Assembly: GCA_965218725.1 (NCBI GenBank)
Contig: CBDCLO010000002.1
Span: forward strand, 654,970-718,969
Length of the DNA: 64,000 nt
DNA from: Nitrosopumilaceae archaeon
GTDB lineage: Archaea; Thermoproteota; Nitrososphaeria; Nitrososphaerales; Nitrosopumilaceae
Reading direction: 5' to 3'
The translations under genes and the position numbers were made by a program. Below, piece after piece: positions 38,289-47,822 of this stretch. Positions within the stretch are counted from its first letter, which is position 1. The number at the start of each line of letters is the position of its first letter. The notes beneath the pieces are model-generated. The model searched no databases. It was not told the origin of the DNA and saw nothing but the letters and a program-made list of their open reading frames with translations.

Positions 38289-38963
38289 CTAACCTATATA
38301 TTTAGTCTTATCTACTATATTTGCTCTTGTAAATGCGTATTTACGATTATTACAAGACTCACACTTACCGCAATGAAATTTATTGTTGTTATAACAACTC
38401 CATGCTTTAAAAATAATATCACCTAGTTCCTTGTAACCATTTATTAGTAGTTCGCTCTTTGTCAATTTATTTATAAATGGCGACCATATGTTTATTTTTT
38501 TACGTATGCCTGATTTTATACCGTCTATTTCTGCTTGATTGAAAGCGTCTTCAATTTTTGCTGAAAACTCAGGTCTACAATCTGGATATTTATTGTCACC
38601 TTTATGTGCACCATATGATACTAAAACAGCTCCCAATGTAAATGCCCATGCTGTAGCTATTGATAAAAATACTGCATTTCTAATAGGGACTACAATTGTG
38701 TAATCAAATTTTTCTGGGATTTTTTTATTATAATTTGTTAGTGGATTAGTTTTTCCATAAATATTTTTCATAAAAGTCATATCTATGATTTTATGTTCAG
38801 CTAAATCAAGTAGTCCTGAAAAAAATTTCGATGCTTTTATTTCTTTACTAGCCCTCTGCCCATATGCAAATGTTATTCCATAGAGCTTGTATTTGTTTTT
38901 TAAATATGTGCACATGCAAACAGAATCTATGCCTCCACTAAATACAACAATGCATTTTTTCAA
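38289..38963 (-). CDS. queC: 7-cyano-7-deazaguanine synthase QueC
   Basis: PP-loop VVFSGGIDS and C-terminal Zn site WSCY...HCGKCESC. The TTG start overlaps the thrB stop (TTGA). Confidence 0.85.
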   Translation of the reverse strand: MKKCIVVFSGGIDSVCMCTYLKNKYKLYGITFAYGQRASKEIKASKFFSGLLDLAEHKIIDMTFMKNIYGKTNPLTNYNKKIPEKFDYTIVVPIRNAVFLSIATAWAFTLGAVLVSYGAHKGDNKYPDCRPEFSAKIEDAFNQAEIDGIKSGIRKKINIWSPFINKLTKSELLINGYKELGDIIFKAWSCYNNNKFHCGKCESCNNRKYAFTRANIVDKTKYIG

Positions 38964-39916
38964 TTTTTATGATGTCTGAATTCATTATAATTGATAATGG
39001 TTGCACCGTTACTTGGTTTGCATACAATTATTTTGTATCTTTTATTTAACACATCTAAGTTATTTGTAATACTGTTGCAAATTTTTTTTGTACTAGACAC
39101 AGTATTTGTAATTGCAACTATGGTCGGGCCTGCACCACTTATTGTTACTCCTATTGCACCAGCAGTAATCATGTTTTTTTTAATAAATGAAAATCCATGT
39201 ATGTATTGCTTTCTTATCGGTTCCACTATATTATCACACATAGACATTCCTATCATCTTAATGTCTCCTTTCATGAACCCTATCACCATTTGTGTTGCGT
39301 TAGACAAATTATATATACTATCTTTAAAATTAATTTTTGATGGTAGTATATCCCTTGAAATTTTTGTCTTATTTTTTTTTGTTTTTATTTCTGGAATTGC
39401 AATACAGATAATTAAATCTTTAGGAGGTTCTATTTTAATTATATTTAGTGGGTTTGTTTTTACTACTACAAATCCTCCTAAAATCGATGCCGCCACATTA
39501 TCATAATGTATAGATCCAGAAATACTTTTTTCACCAACTCCTGCAAGTTTTATTAGTGATGTTTTACCTAAGTTGAGATTGAATAACTTGTTCATTCCTA
39601 TTACTGCAGCTGATGCAGAAGCAGCACTGCTCCCAATTCCAAGTCCTACTGGAACTCCTTTTTTAATATGAATTTCTATTTTGTTTTTGATCTTGAATTC
39701 ATCAACAATATTTTTTATTACTATACCTGCAATATTTTTTTCTGGATCTAAAGGAACTTCATCAGAAGTTATAATTTTAATTCCATGTCCAATTTTCTTG
39801 GTTATTTTTATCTTATCAAAAAATGCATTTAATGCTAAACCAAAAACGTCAAAACCTGGACCTAGATTTGCTGTAGACGATGGGGCTTTTACAATTATGC
39901 TTGATGGAATTATTAT
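38960..39916 (-). CDS. thrB: homoserine kinase (GHMP family); start codon unresolved
   Basis: The track reports only 38960..39595. My upstream translation in the same frame is open to 39922. It gives IIVKAPSSTANLGPGFDVFGLAL...KKGVPVGLGIGSSAASASAAVIG, i.e. the ThrB N-terminal motif and the GHMP motif, followed by HYDNVAASILGG and ISGAGPTIVA. Confidence 0.7.
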   Translation of the reverse strand: MIIPSSIIVKAPSSTANLGPGFDVFGLALNAFFDKIKITKKIGHGIKIITSDEVPLDPEKNIAGIVIKNIVDEFKIKNKIEIHIKKGVPVGLGIGSSAASASAAVIGMNKLFNLNLGKTSLIKLAGVGEKSISGSIHYDNVAASILGGFVVVKTNPLNIIKIEPPKDLIICIAIPEIKTKKNKTKISRDILPSKINFKDSIYNLSNATQMVIGFMKGDIKMIGMSMCDNIVEPIRKQYIHGFSFIKKNMITAGAIGVTISGAGPTIVAITNTVSSTKKICNSITNNLDVLNKRYKIIVCKPSNGATIINYNEFRHHKN

Positions 39917-40662
39917 ATTTCTTCACCACGATCTGTTATCATATTTATGTTGCTTTCTAAAACATTGATACCATAGTTAGTGATATTTGATATTGGAATT
40001 ATTTCATCAATAAAAGAGTTCGCATCCAAGCTCATTAAAATTGAATTCATTAACGTATACCTTTCATTGTTTGTTTCTTTTGAAATTTGTGCTTTGAGAT
40101 TTTCTAAATCTGTTGACCATGATAAAACATCATTTTTATTTTGTATTATGTCAAATTTTGTTAAAACATTAATTGTTGGTATGTTAAAACGTAACCTTAT
40201 TGATGTTGATAATAATGCAATTGAAATAAAATTAGATGGTGTAGTAACTATTGCTCCATCGTATATGAAAATGTTAATTTTTTCATCAGAATTTAAATTT
40301 TTTACTAAAAACTTGCTACAGTTTCTATATGCAAATAATTCTATCTGTCCAGGAGTATCTATTATTAAATAGTCTGGGTTATCTTTGTCTATATTACTCT
40401 GGATCTCATCAAACTTTGTTGCCATTATATCTATAGCCATTATTGATGCTCCATTAGGTCCAAGACCATATCTATTCATTATTGATGTAGTATCAACATA
40501 TTCTCTAATATCAAATTTACATATGTATGGTAATGATTCAACACCAGGATCCAAATTTAATATAGATACATACGCTTTATTTCTTTCATAATATTCACAA
40601 ATTTTTGATGTTAATAATGACTTTCCAGATCCTGCAGTACCAGTGATGAAAATAGCTTTCAT
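39913..40662 (-). CDS. GPN-loop GTPase
   Basis: ITGTAGSGKS P-loop, the GLGPNGA GPN motif, IIDTPGQIELF, and LTKFD. Confidence 0.8.
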   Translation of the reverse strand: MKAIFITGTAGSGKSLLTSKICEYYERNKAYVSILNLDPGVESLPYICKFDIREYVDTTSIMNRYGLGPNGASIMAIDIMATKFDEIQSNIDKDNPDYLIIDTPGQIELFAYRNCSKFLVKNLNSDEKINIFIYDGAIVTTPSNFISIALLSTSIRLRFNIPTINVLTKFDIIQNKNDVLSWSTDLENLKAQISKETNNERYTLMNSILMSLDANSFIDEIIPISNITNYGINVLESNINMITDRGEEI

Positions 40663-40713
40663 TATATTACATAATTATCAGCGCTTATATTTGAACTATG
40701 AAAAATTTATAGA

Positions 40714-41730
40714 ATGAACTGGAGAATAATATCTGTAATTGCTAGCATTCTTCCATTTTTAATAATTATGTTGCAATTTAACATTAAACTAGAAGATGTG
40801 TTTGCAATTGGAATAACACCAATTGTTATTGCGTCTGCTTTTATGATTATGAGACTTGTTGTACAAGGGATTAGATTTAACTATGTGGTAAAAACATTCC
40901 TAGGTAATATAGATTCTATGTGGAAAATAATTCTAGTACGTATGGGAAGTGAGTTTGTTACATTTACCACTCCTATGTTTGTAGGTGGTGAAATAGTTAG
41001 AGTTGCTTGGCTAAGGAAAAAAAATATTGTTACTAGTAAAGCTTCATGGGTAACCATTTTGGAGATTGTAGTGGAAGTTATTGCCGCCGGTACTTTAGCA
41101 ATTATTTCTGGAATATTTGCATTGTTAAATGGTGCTATTTTTATTGGCATTTTAGTTCTTATAACCTGCATACCGGTATTATCTTTGTGGTCTGTGCTTT
41201 TTTTCTTTTCATCAAAAAAAATTTTCAAGGTTCCTAATATAGTATCAAAACTTATTCTAAAGTTAAGTAAAAAAAAAGGTTTAGCGTATATTGAAAAAAC
41301 CAATCAGTGGATGGAAAACATATGTATTATTAGTAAAAATAATCTTAGAACAAAAAAAACTCAAAAAACATTCATTGTTGCATTATTACTATCATTTGTT
41401 GCATGGTCATTATACGGATTGTCATTCATGTTCATAGCCAGCAGTGTAAATTATGATGTACGTATACTAGATTCTATTTTAGCTGTGATGGCATCTAATG
41501 CAATAGGTAATGTACCTATTACAGTAGGAGGATCTGGTATTTCAGAAGCAAGCTTATGGCTATACTTAGAAAGTATTGGGATATATGATTTTAAATTAGA
41601 TGAAAATAAATTAAGTTGGAATATAATTATTGTATGGAGAATAGCTACTTACCATGTACCAATGGCTATAACATGGTTTTTACTTATTAAACTAGCACTA
41701 AGCAAGTATACCACAACTAACAAGTCATGA
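40714..41730 (+). CDS. polytopic membrane protein, UPF0104/flippase-like (LPG-synthase TM domain-like)
   Basis: 338 aa with about 8 TM helices. The early basic loop MRLVVQGIRFNYV resembles UPF0104 proteins. Confidence 0.4.
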   Translation: MNWRIISVIASILPFLIIMLQFNIKLEDVFAIGITPIVIASAFMIMRLVVQGIRFNYVVKTFLGNIDSMWKIILVRMGSEFVTFTTPMFVGGEIVRVAWLRKKNIVTSKASWVTILEIVVEVIAAGTLAIISGIFALLNGAIFIGILVLITCIPVLSLWSVLFFFSSKKIFKVPNIVSKLILKLSKKKGLAYIEKTNQWMENICIISKNNLRTKKTQKTFIVALLLSFVAWSLYGLSFMFIASSVNYDVRILDSILAVMASNAIGNVPITVGGSGISEASLWLYLESIGIYDFKLDENKLSWNIIIVWRIATYHVPMAITWFLLIKLALSKYTTTNKS

Positions 41731-41765
41731 CTATATTATGCATCTACGAGCATGCTTTTTTATAA

Positions 41766-42047
41766 TTATTTGTTTTTGTCTTTTTTACTTTTTTGCCACC
41801 AATTTAAATATTCAGATTCTTTATCCTCCCTTGTTAATTCACTACTGTTAAATCTATCACGTATGTCACTTATTTGTTCTCTAGTTGCATATAGTCCACA
41901 TTTTTTACAAATAAAATGTTTTGTTGCTGGATCAAATTTCATAGTTGTATTTAATTTACTAACTATCTCATCAATCTCTTCACTGGTTTTATTTTGTTTA
42001 TAAAGTAATTTTTTTTCTTTTGCTATACATTCTGGACAACTTGGCAA
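41766..42047 (-). CDS. zinc-ribbon protein, hypothetical
   Basis: CPEC...CKKC pairs with a charged C-terminal tail. TTG start. The opposite-strand ORF 41752..42003 is low-complexity. Confidence 0.4.
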   Translation of the reverse strand: MPSCPECIAKEKKLLYKQNKTSEEIDEIVSKLNTTMKFDPATKHFICKKCGLYATREQISDIRDRFNSSELTREDKESEYLNWWQKSKKDKNK

Positions 42048-42092
42048 TATATTATTATCCTATGTTTTTTCCATAAAAGCTTTCCCAAATAC

Positions 42093-42152
42093 TGACATAC
42101 ATTAATGATCATCATTCCAAAGTCAGATTGCCCATCGAAAACATGTATGTCA
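42093..42152. repeat. 10-bp perfect inverted repeat TGACATACAT / ATGTATGTCA enclosing a second palindrome AATGAT-C-ATCATT (42104-42116)
   Basis: Read directly from the sequence. Lies between the glycosyltransferase stop and the Zn-ribbon gene start. Confidence 0.9.
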
Positions 42153-42176
42153 ATTTTGTAGTTATTTAATGATTTA

Positions 42177-43403
42177 TTACATTTTATCTTCTAAAACTTC
42201 ATTTACTATCTTAGCTGCATTATCGGCTCCGCTACAAATAAAATTTTTTGAAAAATCACGTATATTTTCTATATATTTATTATAATTATTCTTAATGTTT
42301 GTTATTGCATTGATAACCTGTTTTTTATTGTTAGCTAATATTCCCAAACATTTTTCATCAACCCACTTTAGTTGATTTGTATGTTCATCATATACTGGGA
42401 TTCCTATTACGGGTTTTCTATTCACACCAATAATTTCACCCATTACTGTATGAGATCCATTTATAACAACATATTTACATAATCTTAGTACTGACTGTTT
42501 TTCTTGTTCTGATAAAAAACCAACATCAATTTGTTTCCAGCTTATTTTTTTTTCTATCGCATTTGAAATAGAATATTTTTTTCCATCAACACCAATCACG
42601 CCATCTATATTTTTGTCGCTTTTAGCATGTGATATAATACGTTTTTCATTTTTCATTTCATTAGTTATAAATATTTCATTGTATCGTTTTCCAGTAAAAT
42701 TATTTGTTGATTTGTTTCCAGTACGCATCCAATATCCAAAATCGTTTTCAGCTAATAGACTTTCAATTTTTGTTGTAACAGATTTAGTTTTTTCTATAAA
42801 GTGACCTACATATGTCACTTTATTTTTTAGTTTTTTTGGGAAATTTAAATTGTATTCACACAATGTATATGGCGGTGGTGAGTCTGCAACTAATATCTTT
42901 TTAGCCTTGGAAATTTGTTTAGAAATAAAGACTAGTGCTGGATAAAAATAAAAATGAGAGTACCATAGTTTTGGCATGAATTGGTTTGTTATAAAAATGC
43001 TATTTATATTACGTTTATGTGCTAATACATTAGAAGCTATGTCTCCATCGTTTATTACTAAATCAAAGTCATTACCATCATATAACCTTCCTTCAGTTGT
43101 AATATAGTCAATAATCTGTTTTATTAATGGCGGTTTATTACAAATTGGTATTAGTAAGTTTAATAATGATAATACAGCGCTTGGGCCTTTATTGCCATCT
43201 ATAGGAGTCGGCATAAGTATTTTATGTATAAATTCTTGTTTTTTTGGAAATTTTTCTAATAATTTTCTATATACATGACCTTTACTAATAAAATGAACTT
43301 GAAAATCGCATGTTACATGTTTTTGTAAAGTGCTATTTAATATCATCATCCTGTGATAGTGCCCATTACCCCATGGATATATGAATTCGCCTATTTTTTT
43401 CAT
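42177..43403 (-). CDS. GT-B fold glycosyltransferase (GT28/MGT-like)
   Basis: N-terminal YPWGNGHYHRMM (G-x-G-H loop), 408 aa, and a C-terminal nucleotide-sugar-binding-like half. Confidence 0.55.
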   Translation of the reverse strand: MKKIGEFIYPWGNGHYHRMMILNSTLQKHVTCDFQVHFISKGHVYRKLLEKFPKKQEFIHKILMPTPIDGNKGPSAVLSLLNLLIPICNKPPLIKQIIDYITTEGRLYDGNDFDLVINDGDIASNVLAHKRNINSIFITNQFMPKLWYSHFYFYPALVFISKQISKAKKILVADSPPPYTLCEYNLNFPKKLKNKVTYVGHFIEKTKSVTTKIESLLAENDFGYWMRTGNKSTNNFTGKRYNEIFITNEMKNEKRIISHAKSDKNIDGVIGVDGKKYSISNAIEKKISWKQIDVGFLSEQEKQSVLRLCKYVVINGSHTVMGEIIGVNRKPVIGIPVYDEHTNQLKWVDEKCLGILANNKKQVINAITNIKNNYNKYIENIRDFSKNFICSGADNAAKIVNEVLEDKM

Positions 43404-43422
43404 TGGTATGCAACTAAATTTT

Positions 43423-44517
43423 TCAATTTACTTTTAATGCATCTAAAATATAATGAATGTTATTAATATCACTATTTACAATGATAGTTTTTTTATTTGA
43501 TAATGCATTATCTACAATATTTGTGTAACTTTTATTATCTAAAATTACTTTTGATATGTTTAATTTTGATAGTTTTTTAATATCTGATTTTAAATAATTA
43601 ATAGAGTCAAGTGTAAATAGTGGTAGCCATGAAATTAATTTATTTTTATAGACATAATTAACAAAATAATCTATAATATCAGCAGAAAAGATCAGTGGAG
43701 ACAATGCAAGTGATATTCTTTTTATATTGTGAATTTTAGCATTTTTTATTAAAAGTAGTGTTGTTAAATTTATAATTTTGATCTTATCGATTCTTCCATT
43801 AATTGTTAATTTAAAGAATTCTAGTTCTATTTTATTATTAAGTATATTTGGTATTATAGAACTTACTATTTTTATTAGCTTTAGTAAATCAGATCTATTA
43901 CTATAGCAAATCATGACTTTTACATCAAATCCAATTTTTATGCATTCAGTGCATGTTAAAGCTGACATTTCATCATATATGCAACAAAGCATTTTGTCAT
44001 GTTGTGTATTGTATGGCAAACCATTGTGACCACTGTCCACGAATATACAGACATATGCGTTCAAATTAGTAATGTATGTATAAATAGTCTTATCATTATC
44101 ATCTACGGTGCCAGGTTTTATGCTTCTGCCTTTAGTTTTTTCTACAAGTACTGATGTTGCAGCAACTTCTATATCTTTTGTAACATATTTTGGGGAATAC
44201 CCATCTACTCTGATATAAAATTTTTCATTATTTAGTAATAAATCATATCCGACTTTGGATATTGCATCAACGATTATATTAAAATCATTTTTAATTTTTT
44301 TAGCTATTGCTATACGTCTTATACCAAAAAGCATATTGATAATAGATGAGGAAAATACTGGATCATTAGCATCTATTGTTATTATTTCATTATCATTTTT
44401 TATTTCATTAAATCTTTGATTGTGTAGATTAAGAATTTTTTTTATGTTTGATAATAACAACTTAGTTTTATATAATGAAAAAATTGATGGAAATACAACT
44501 ATGTATGTGTTATTCAT
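43423..44517 (-). CDS. ThiI/THUMP-like protein with degenerate PP-loop
   Basis: GIRRIAIAKKI and FYIRVDG (THUMP-like). Then GHNGLPYNTQHDKMLCCIYDEMSALTCTECIKIGFDVKVMIC lies where ThiI has GGLP.G..GK.L.LLSGGIDSPVA....RG.EV. Confidence 0.45.
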   Translation of the reverse strand: MNNTYIVVFPSIFSLYKTKLLLSNIKKILNLHNQRFNEIKNDNEIITIDANDPVFSSSIINMLFGIRRIAIAKKIKNDFNIIVDAISKVGYDLLLNNEKFYIRVDGYSPKYVTKDIEVAATSVLVEKTKGRSIKPGTVDDNDKTIYTYITNLNAYVCIFVDSGHNGLPYNTQHDKMLCCIYDEMSALTCTECIKIGFDVKVMICYSNRSDLLKLIKIVSSIIPNILNNKIELEFFKLTINGRIDKIKIINLTTLLLIKNAKIHNIKRISLALSPLIFSADIIDYFVNYVYKNKLISWLPLFTLDSINYLKSDIKKLSKLNISKVILDNKSYTNIVDNALSNKKTIIVNSDINNIHYILDALKVN

Positions 44518-44591
44518 ATATTTTTTTGTATTAGGTTATTTATAATCTTAAAAATCATAACTTATAAAACAATCAATTATATAAGTATATA

Positions 44592-45299
44592 ATGTTAGAT
44601 GAGATAATAGAACTAAATAAAAGTTTAAAGTCTCCAGACGATATTTTAAAGTGGGCATTTAATAAGTTTCATCCTAGACTGGCATATGCTTCAAGTTTTG
44701 GAGCAGAAGATGTTGTATTAATTGATATGATAATAAAAATTAATCATGACGCAAGAATATTTACATTAGATACTGGTAGACTAAATCAAGAAACTTATAA
44801 TGTAATTGATGAAATAAGAAAAAGATATAATATCAAAATAGAGGTTGCATTTCCAAATTCAAATGAGGTTATAGAGATGGTTAATTCTTATGGAGTTAAT
44901 CTTTTTTATAAAAATAAAGATAACAGAAAACTATGTTGTGAAATAAGAAAAGTAAATCCACTTAATAAAATATTATCAACCTTAGATGGATGGATTACAG
45001 GTATACGTAAGGAACAAACAGCTAACAGAAATACTGCGTGTGCAATTGAAATTGATCCCCAACATAATAACATAATAAAAATTAATCCAATAATTAATTG
45101 GACATGGAAACATGTTTGGAATTATATAAAGGAAAATGATGTCCCTTATAATAAATTACATGATATAGGATATCCAAGTATAGGTTGTGAGCCTTGTACT
45201 AGGGCAGTAACTGATGGAGATGATCTACGATCAGGACGATGGTGGTGGGAAAATGAATCAGATAAAGAATGTGGATTACACATGAACCACAAAAATTAA
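44592..45299 (+). CDS. cysH: adenylyl-/phosphoadenylyl-sulfate reductase CysH (Fe-S type)
   Basis: [13 protein letters not shown]; the CC...CxxC pattern ([19 protein letters not shown]); KECGLH. Confidence 0.85.
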   Translation: MLDEIIELNKSLKSPDDILKWAFNKFHPRLAYASSFGAEDVVLIDMIIKINHDARIFTLDTGRLNQETYNVIDEIRKRYNIKIEVAFPNSNEVIEMVNSYGVNLFYKNKDNRKLCCEIRKVNPLNKILSTLDGWITGIRKEQTANRNTACAIEIDPQHNNIIKINPIINWTWKHVWNYIKENDVPYNKLHDIGYPSIGCEPCTRAVTDGDDLRSGRWWWENESDKECGLHMNHKN

Positions 45300-45310
45300 A
45301 GATTAATAAT

Positions 45311-46429
45311 ATGATAGAACCACACGGTAGAAAATTAGTACATCGTACAACTAAAAATATTAATGATTTATTATCAATTTCAATAAATCGAGAGATTGTT
45401 AATGATGTAGAGAATATATCTGATGGAATATTTAGCCCACTAGAAGGATTTCTATGCAAGCAAGATTTTGATTCTGTACTAAACAAAGGCAAGCTAGATA
45501 ATGGATTTTCATGGACCATGCCTATAATTATTGATGTGGATGATGTAACAGCTAAAAAAATTAAACATGTTGGTGATGTATTGCTAAAAAATAATTCTAC
45601 TAATATTGCAATTTTACACGTTGAAGAAATCTATGTTTTTGATAAAAAAACCACATCTGAAAAGATCTACGGTACAAATGATATTAGACATCCCGGTGTT
45701 GCAAAAATATTATCAATGAAAGAATATTTGGTAGGTGGAAAAATAAATTACATAAAAACACAATTAAAAGAAAATAGATTTTACAGAAAAACACCAACTG
45801 AAACTAGAACTTGGTTTGAAAAGCTATGCTGGAATTCCGTCGTGGCATTTCAAACTAGAAATCCACCTCATATCGCACACGAAATAATGCAGAAAACAGC
45901 ACTTACTATTTATGATGGTCTATTTATAAATCCATTAATAGGCAAAAAGAAAATAGGAGATTTTACAGACGAGGTAATAATAAAATCATATGAAACACTA
46001 ATAGAACAATATTATCCTAAAAAAAGTTGCATGCTAGTAACATTACATACAGACATGAAATATGCTGGTCCAAAAGAAGCTATACATCATGCTATAATTA
46101 GACAAAACTATGGTTGTACACATATAATAATTGGAAGAGATCATGCGGGAGTTGGAAACTACTATAAGCCATTTGCAGCACAAGAAATATTTAAAGAATA
46201 TGATGATCTTAAAATAAAACCTATTTTCTTCCCAACATTTTTCTACTGTAATAAATGCATTTCATTTACTAATGAAAAAACATGTCCACATAATTTAGAT
46301 AATAGAGAACAGATAAGTGGTACTAAATTAAGAATAATGATCAACGAGGGAAGCTTTCCATCCAAATATATAATGCGTCCTGAAATTTCAAAAATTATAA
46401 TAAATAGTAGTACCCCATTTGTCAATTAG
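45311..46429 (+). CDS. sat: sulfate adenylyltransferase (ATP sulfurylase)
   Basis: [12 protein letters not shown] and [11 protein letters not shown] prefer ATG 45311, which lies just after the cysH stop. Confidence 0.85.
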   Translation: MIEPHGRKLVHRTTKNINDLLSISINREIVNDVENISDGIFSPLEGFLCKQDFDSVLNKGKLDNGFSWTMPIIIDVDDVTAKKIKHVGDVLLKNNSTNIAILHVEEIYVFDKKTTSEKIYGTNDIRHPGVAKILSMKEYLVGGKINYIKTQLKENRFYRKTPTETRTWFEKLCWNSVVAFQTRNPPHIAHEIMQKTALTIYDGLFINPLIGKKKIGDFTDEVIIKSYETLIEQYYPKKSCMLVTLHTDMKYAGPKEAIHHAIIRQNYGCTHIIIGRDHAGVGNYYKPFAAQEIFKEYDDLKIKPIFFPTFFYCNKCISFTNEKTCPHNLDNREQISGTKLRIMINEGSFPSKYIMRPEISKIIINSSTPFVN

Positions 46430-46451
46430 ATTTTTATTAAAATAAATAAAA

Positions 46452-47117
46452 ATGAAGTATTATGTAATATTGATTATAGTATTTTGTTTAACTCAAGTAT
46501 GTACTATATATGGACAAAAACAATTAAATCAAACTGTTGTGTTATCAACAAAAAATATATCATATGATGATCTTAATAAAAATCTATATGATGAAAAAAT
46601 AATTAAATTAGAAAATATGCATTCAACAAGTTGGCAAATCAAAGTAAATAATATGTTATATTATGAAAATAACAATGACGTAATAATAAAATTCTATGAT
46701 ATTGATAAAAAAAAATTTATTGAAATAGGTATGGGAGGAGAGCCTGAAAACAAATTTTGGGTTGCAGCTTGGTTGTATGATTATGAATATGTTATAATAC
46801 ACAAAAAACTTGAACGTGGATGGGTTCCAGGTTCAAGTATAATTATTGCATATAGTGAACATGGGGGATTAACCATTAACAATGGAGAAAGAATAATAAT
46901 ATCAAATTTGGATATAAGCGATTTTTCTGTAGCGTACTATTCTTTTTATAGTATAAAAAATCATGACATGCGGACTGGTATCTATTCTGGGAATATAGTA
47001 CTAGAATTTATGTCAGGAGATCCTACAAAAAACCCAATGTACAACTTTCCTTTTTATTTGGTTATTGTTACTATAACAATGGTATTACTGTTGTTAATTG
47101 TAAAAAAACGATCATGA
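46452..47117 (+). CDS. secreted/C-terminally anchored hypothetical protein
   Basis: N-terminal signal-like helix, a beta-rich body, and a C-terminal TM plus KKRS anchor. Confidence 0.35.
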   Translation: MKYYVILIIVFCLTQVCTIYGQKQLNQTVVLSTKNISYDDLNKNLYDEKIIKLENMHSTSWQIKVNNMLYYENNNDVIIKFYDIDKKKFIEIGMGGEPENKFWVAAWLYDYEYVIIHKKLERGWVPGSSIIIAYSEHGGLTINNGERIIISNLDISDFSVAYYSFYSIKNHDMRTGIYSGNIVLEFMSGDPTKNPMYNFPFYLVIVTITMVLLLLIVKKRS

Positions 47118-47756
47118 TTTATAATATTTGCACATACTTCTGAGATTACATACATTGCATAAAGGTGATCTTGCAAAACAAATATTTTGACCGTACATAA
47201 CAAAAATCTCATTTATTCTAACCCAGTCATCTTTAGAAACTCTTTTCCTTAATTCAAGTTCTGTTTCTATTGTAGTTTTTGTAGTAACAATACCAAGTCT
47301 ATTAGAAATTCTATGAACATGAGTATCTACCGGTATAGCTGGAATATTAAATGCATACACTAGAACACAGTTAGCTGTCTTCCTTCCAACTCCTGGTAAA
47401 CCTAGTAGCCCATCAATATTATTTGGAACATTTCCATCATATCTAGTACTTATAATAGTTGAAACATCTTTTATTCTTTTTGCTTTTACATGATAGAATC
47501 CTATTGATTTTATTATTTTTTCAATGTCTTCTATATTTGCTTTATATAATTCATATGATGATTTATATCTAGAAAAAAGATTCTTTGTTATTTTAATTGT
47601 ATTTTCATCCTTACTTCTTGCAGAAAGTATTGTTCCAATTAAAATATTAAATGGATTTTTATTGTTATTTTTGATTTTTCTTAGTGCTGTTAATCGTGGA
47701 GTTTTTACAGTATATAATGTATATAACATAAGTTGAAAAATGTAATCTATTTTCAT
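47112..47756 (-). CDS. nth: endonuclease III (HhH-GPD DNA glycosylase with Fe-S cluster)
   Basis: LLGLPGVGRKTANCVL, VDTHVHR, and CFARSPLCNVCNLRSMC. Confidence 0.85.
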   Translation of the reverse strand: MKIDYIFQLMLYTLYTVKTPRLTALRKIKNNNKNPFNILIGTILSARSKDENTIKITKNLFSRYKSSYELYKANIEDIEKIIKSIGFYHVKAKRIKDVSTIISTRYDGNVPNNIDGLLGLPGVGRKTANCVLVYAFNIPAIPVDTHVHRISNRLGIVTTKTTIETELELRKRVSKDDWVRINEIFVMYGQNICFARSPLCNVCNLRSMCKYYKS

Positions 47757-47822
47757 TATATTTTTCTATAATATGAAATACATAACGTTATCTTAAATTA
47801 TCATAATTGTTATACTATAATA

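Noticed and set aside
38991-40591. Plus-strand ORFs of 171, 95, 130 and 68 aa antisense to thrB and the GPN GTPase
   Set aside because: The sense genes contain GHMP and GPN-loop motifs, while the antisense products are Ile/Phe/Leu-rich and featureless.
41752-42003. Plus-strand 83-aa ORF overlapping the Zn-ribbon gene
   Set aside because: It is low-complexity and Leu/Ser/Phe-rich, whereas the minus-strand product has paired CxxC motifs.
42048-42176. Possible C/D-box sRNA (the minus strand contains AATGATGA and CTGA)
   Set aside because: The box order and spacing are wrong. CTGA precedes the only good C-like box, no terminal D box follows, and the guide lengths do not fit.
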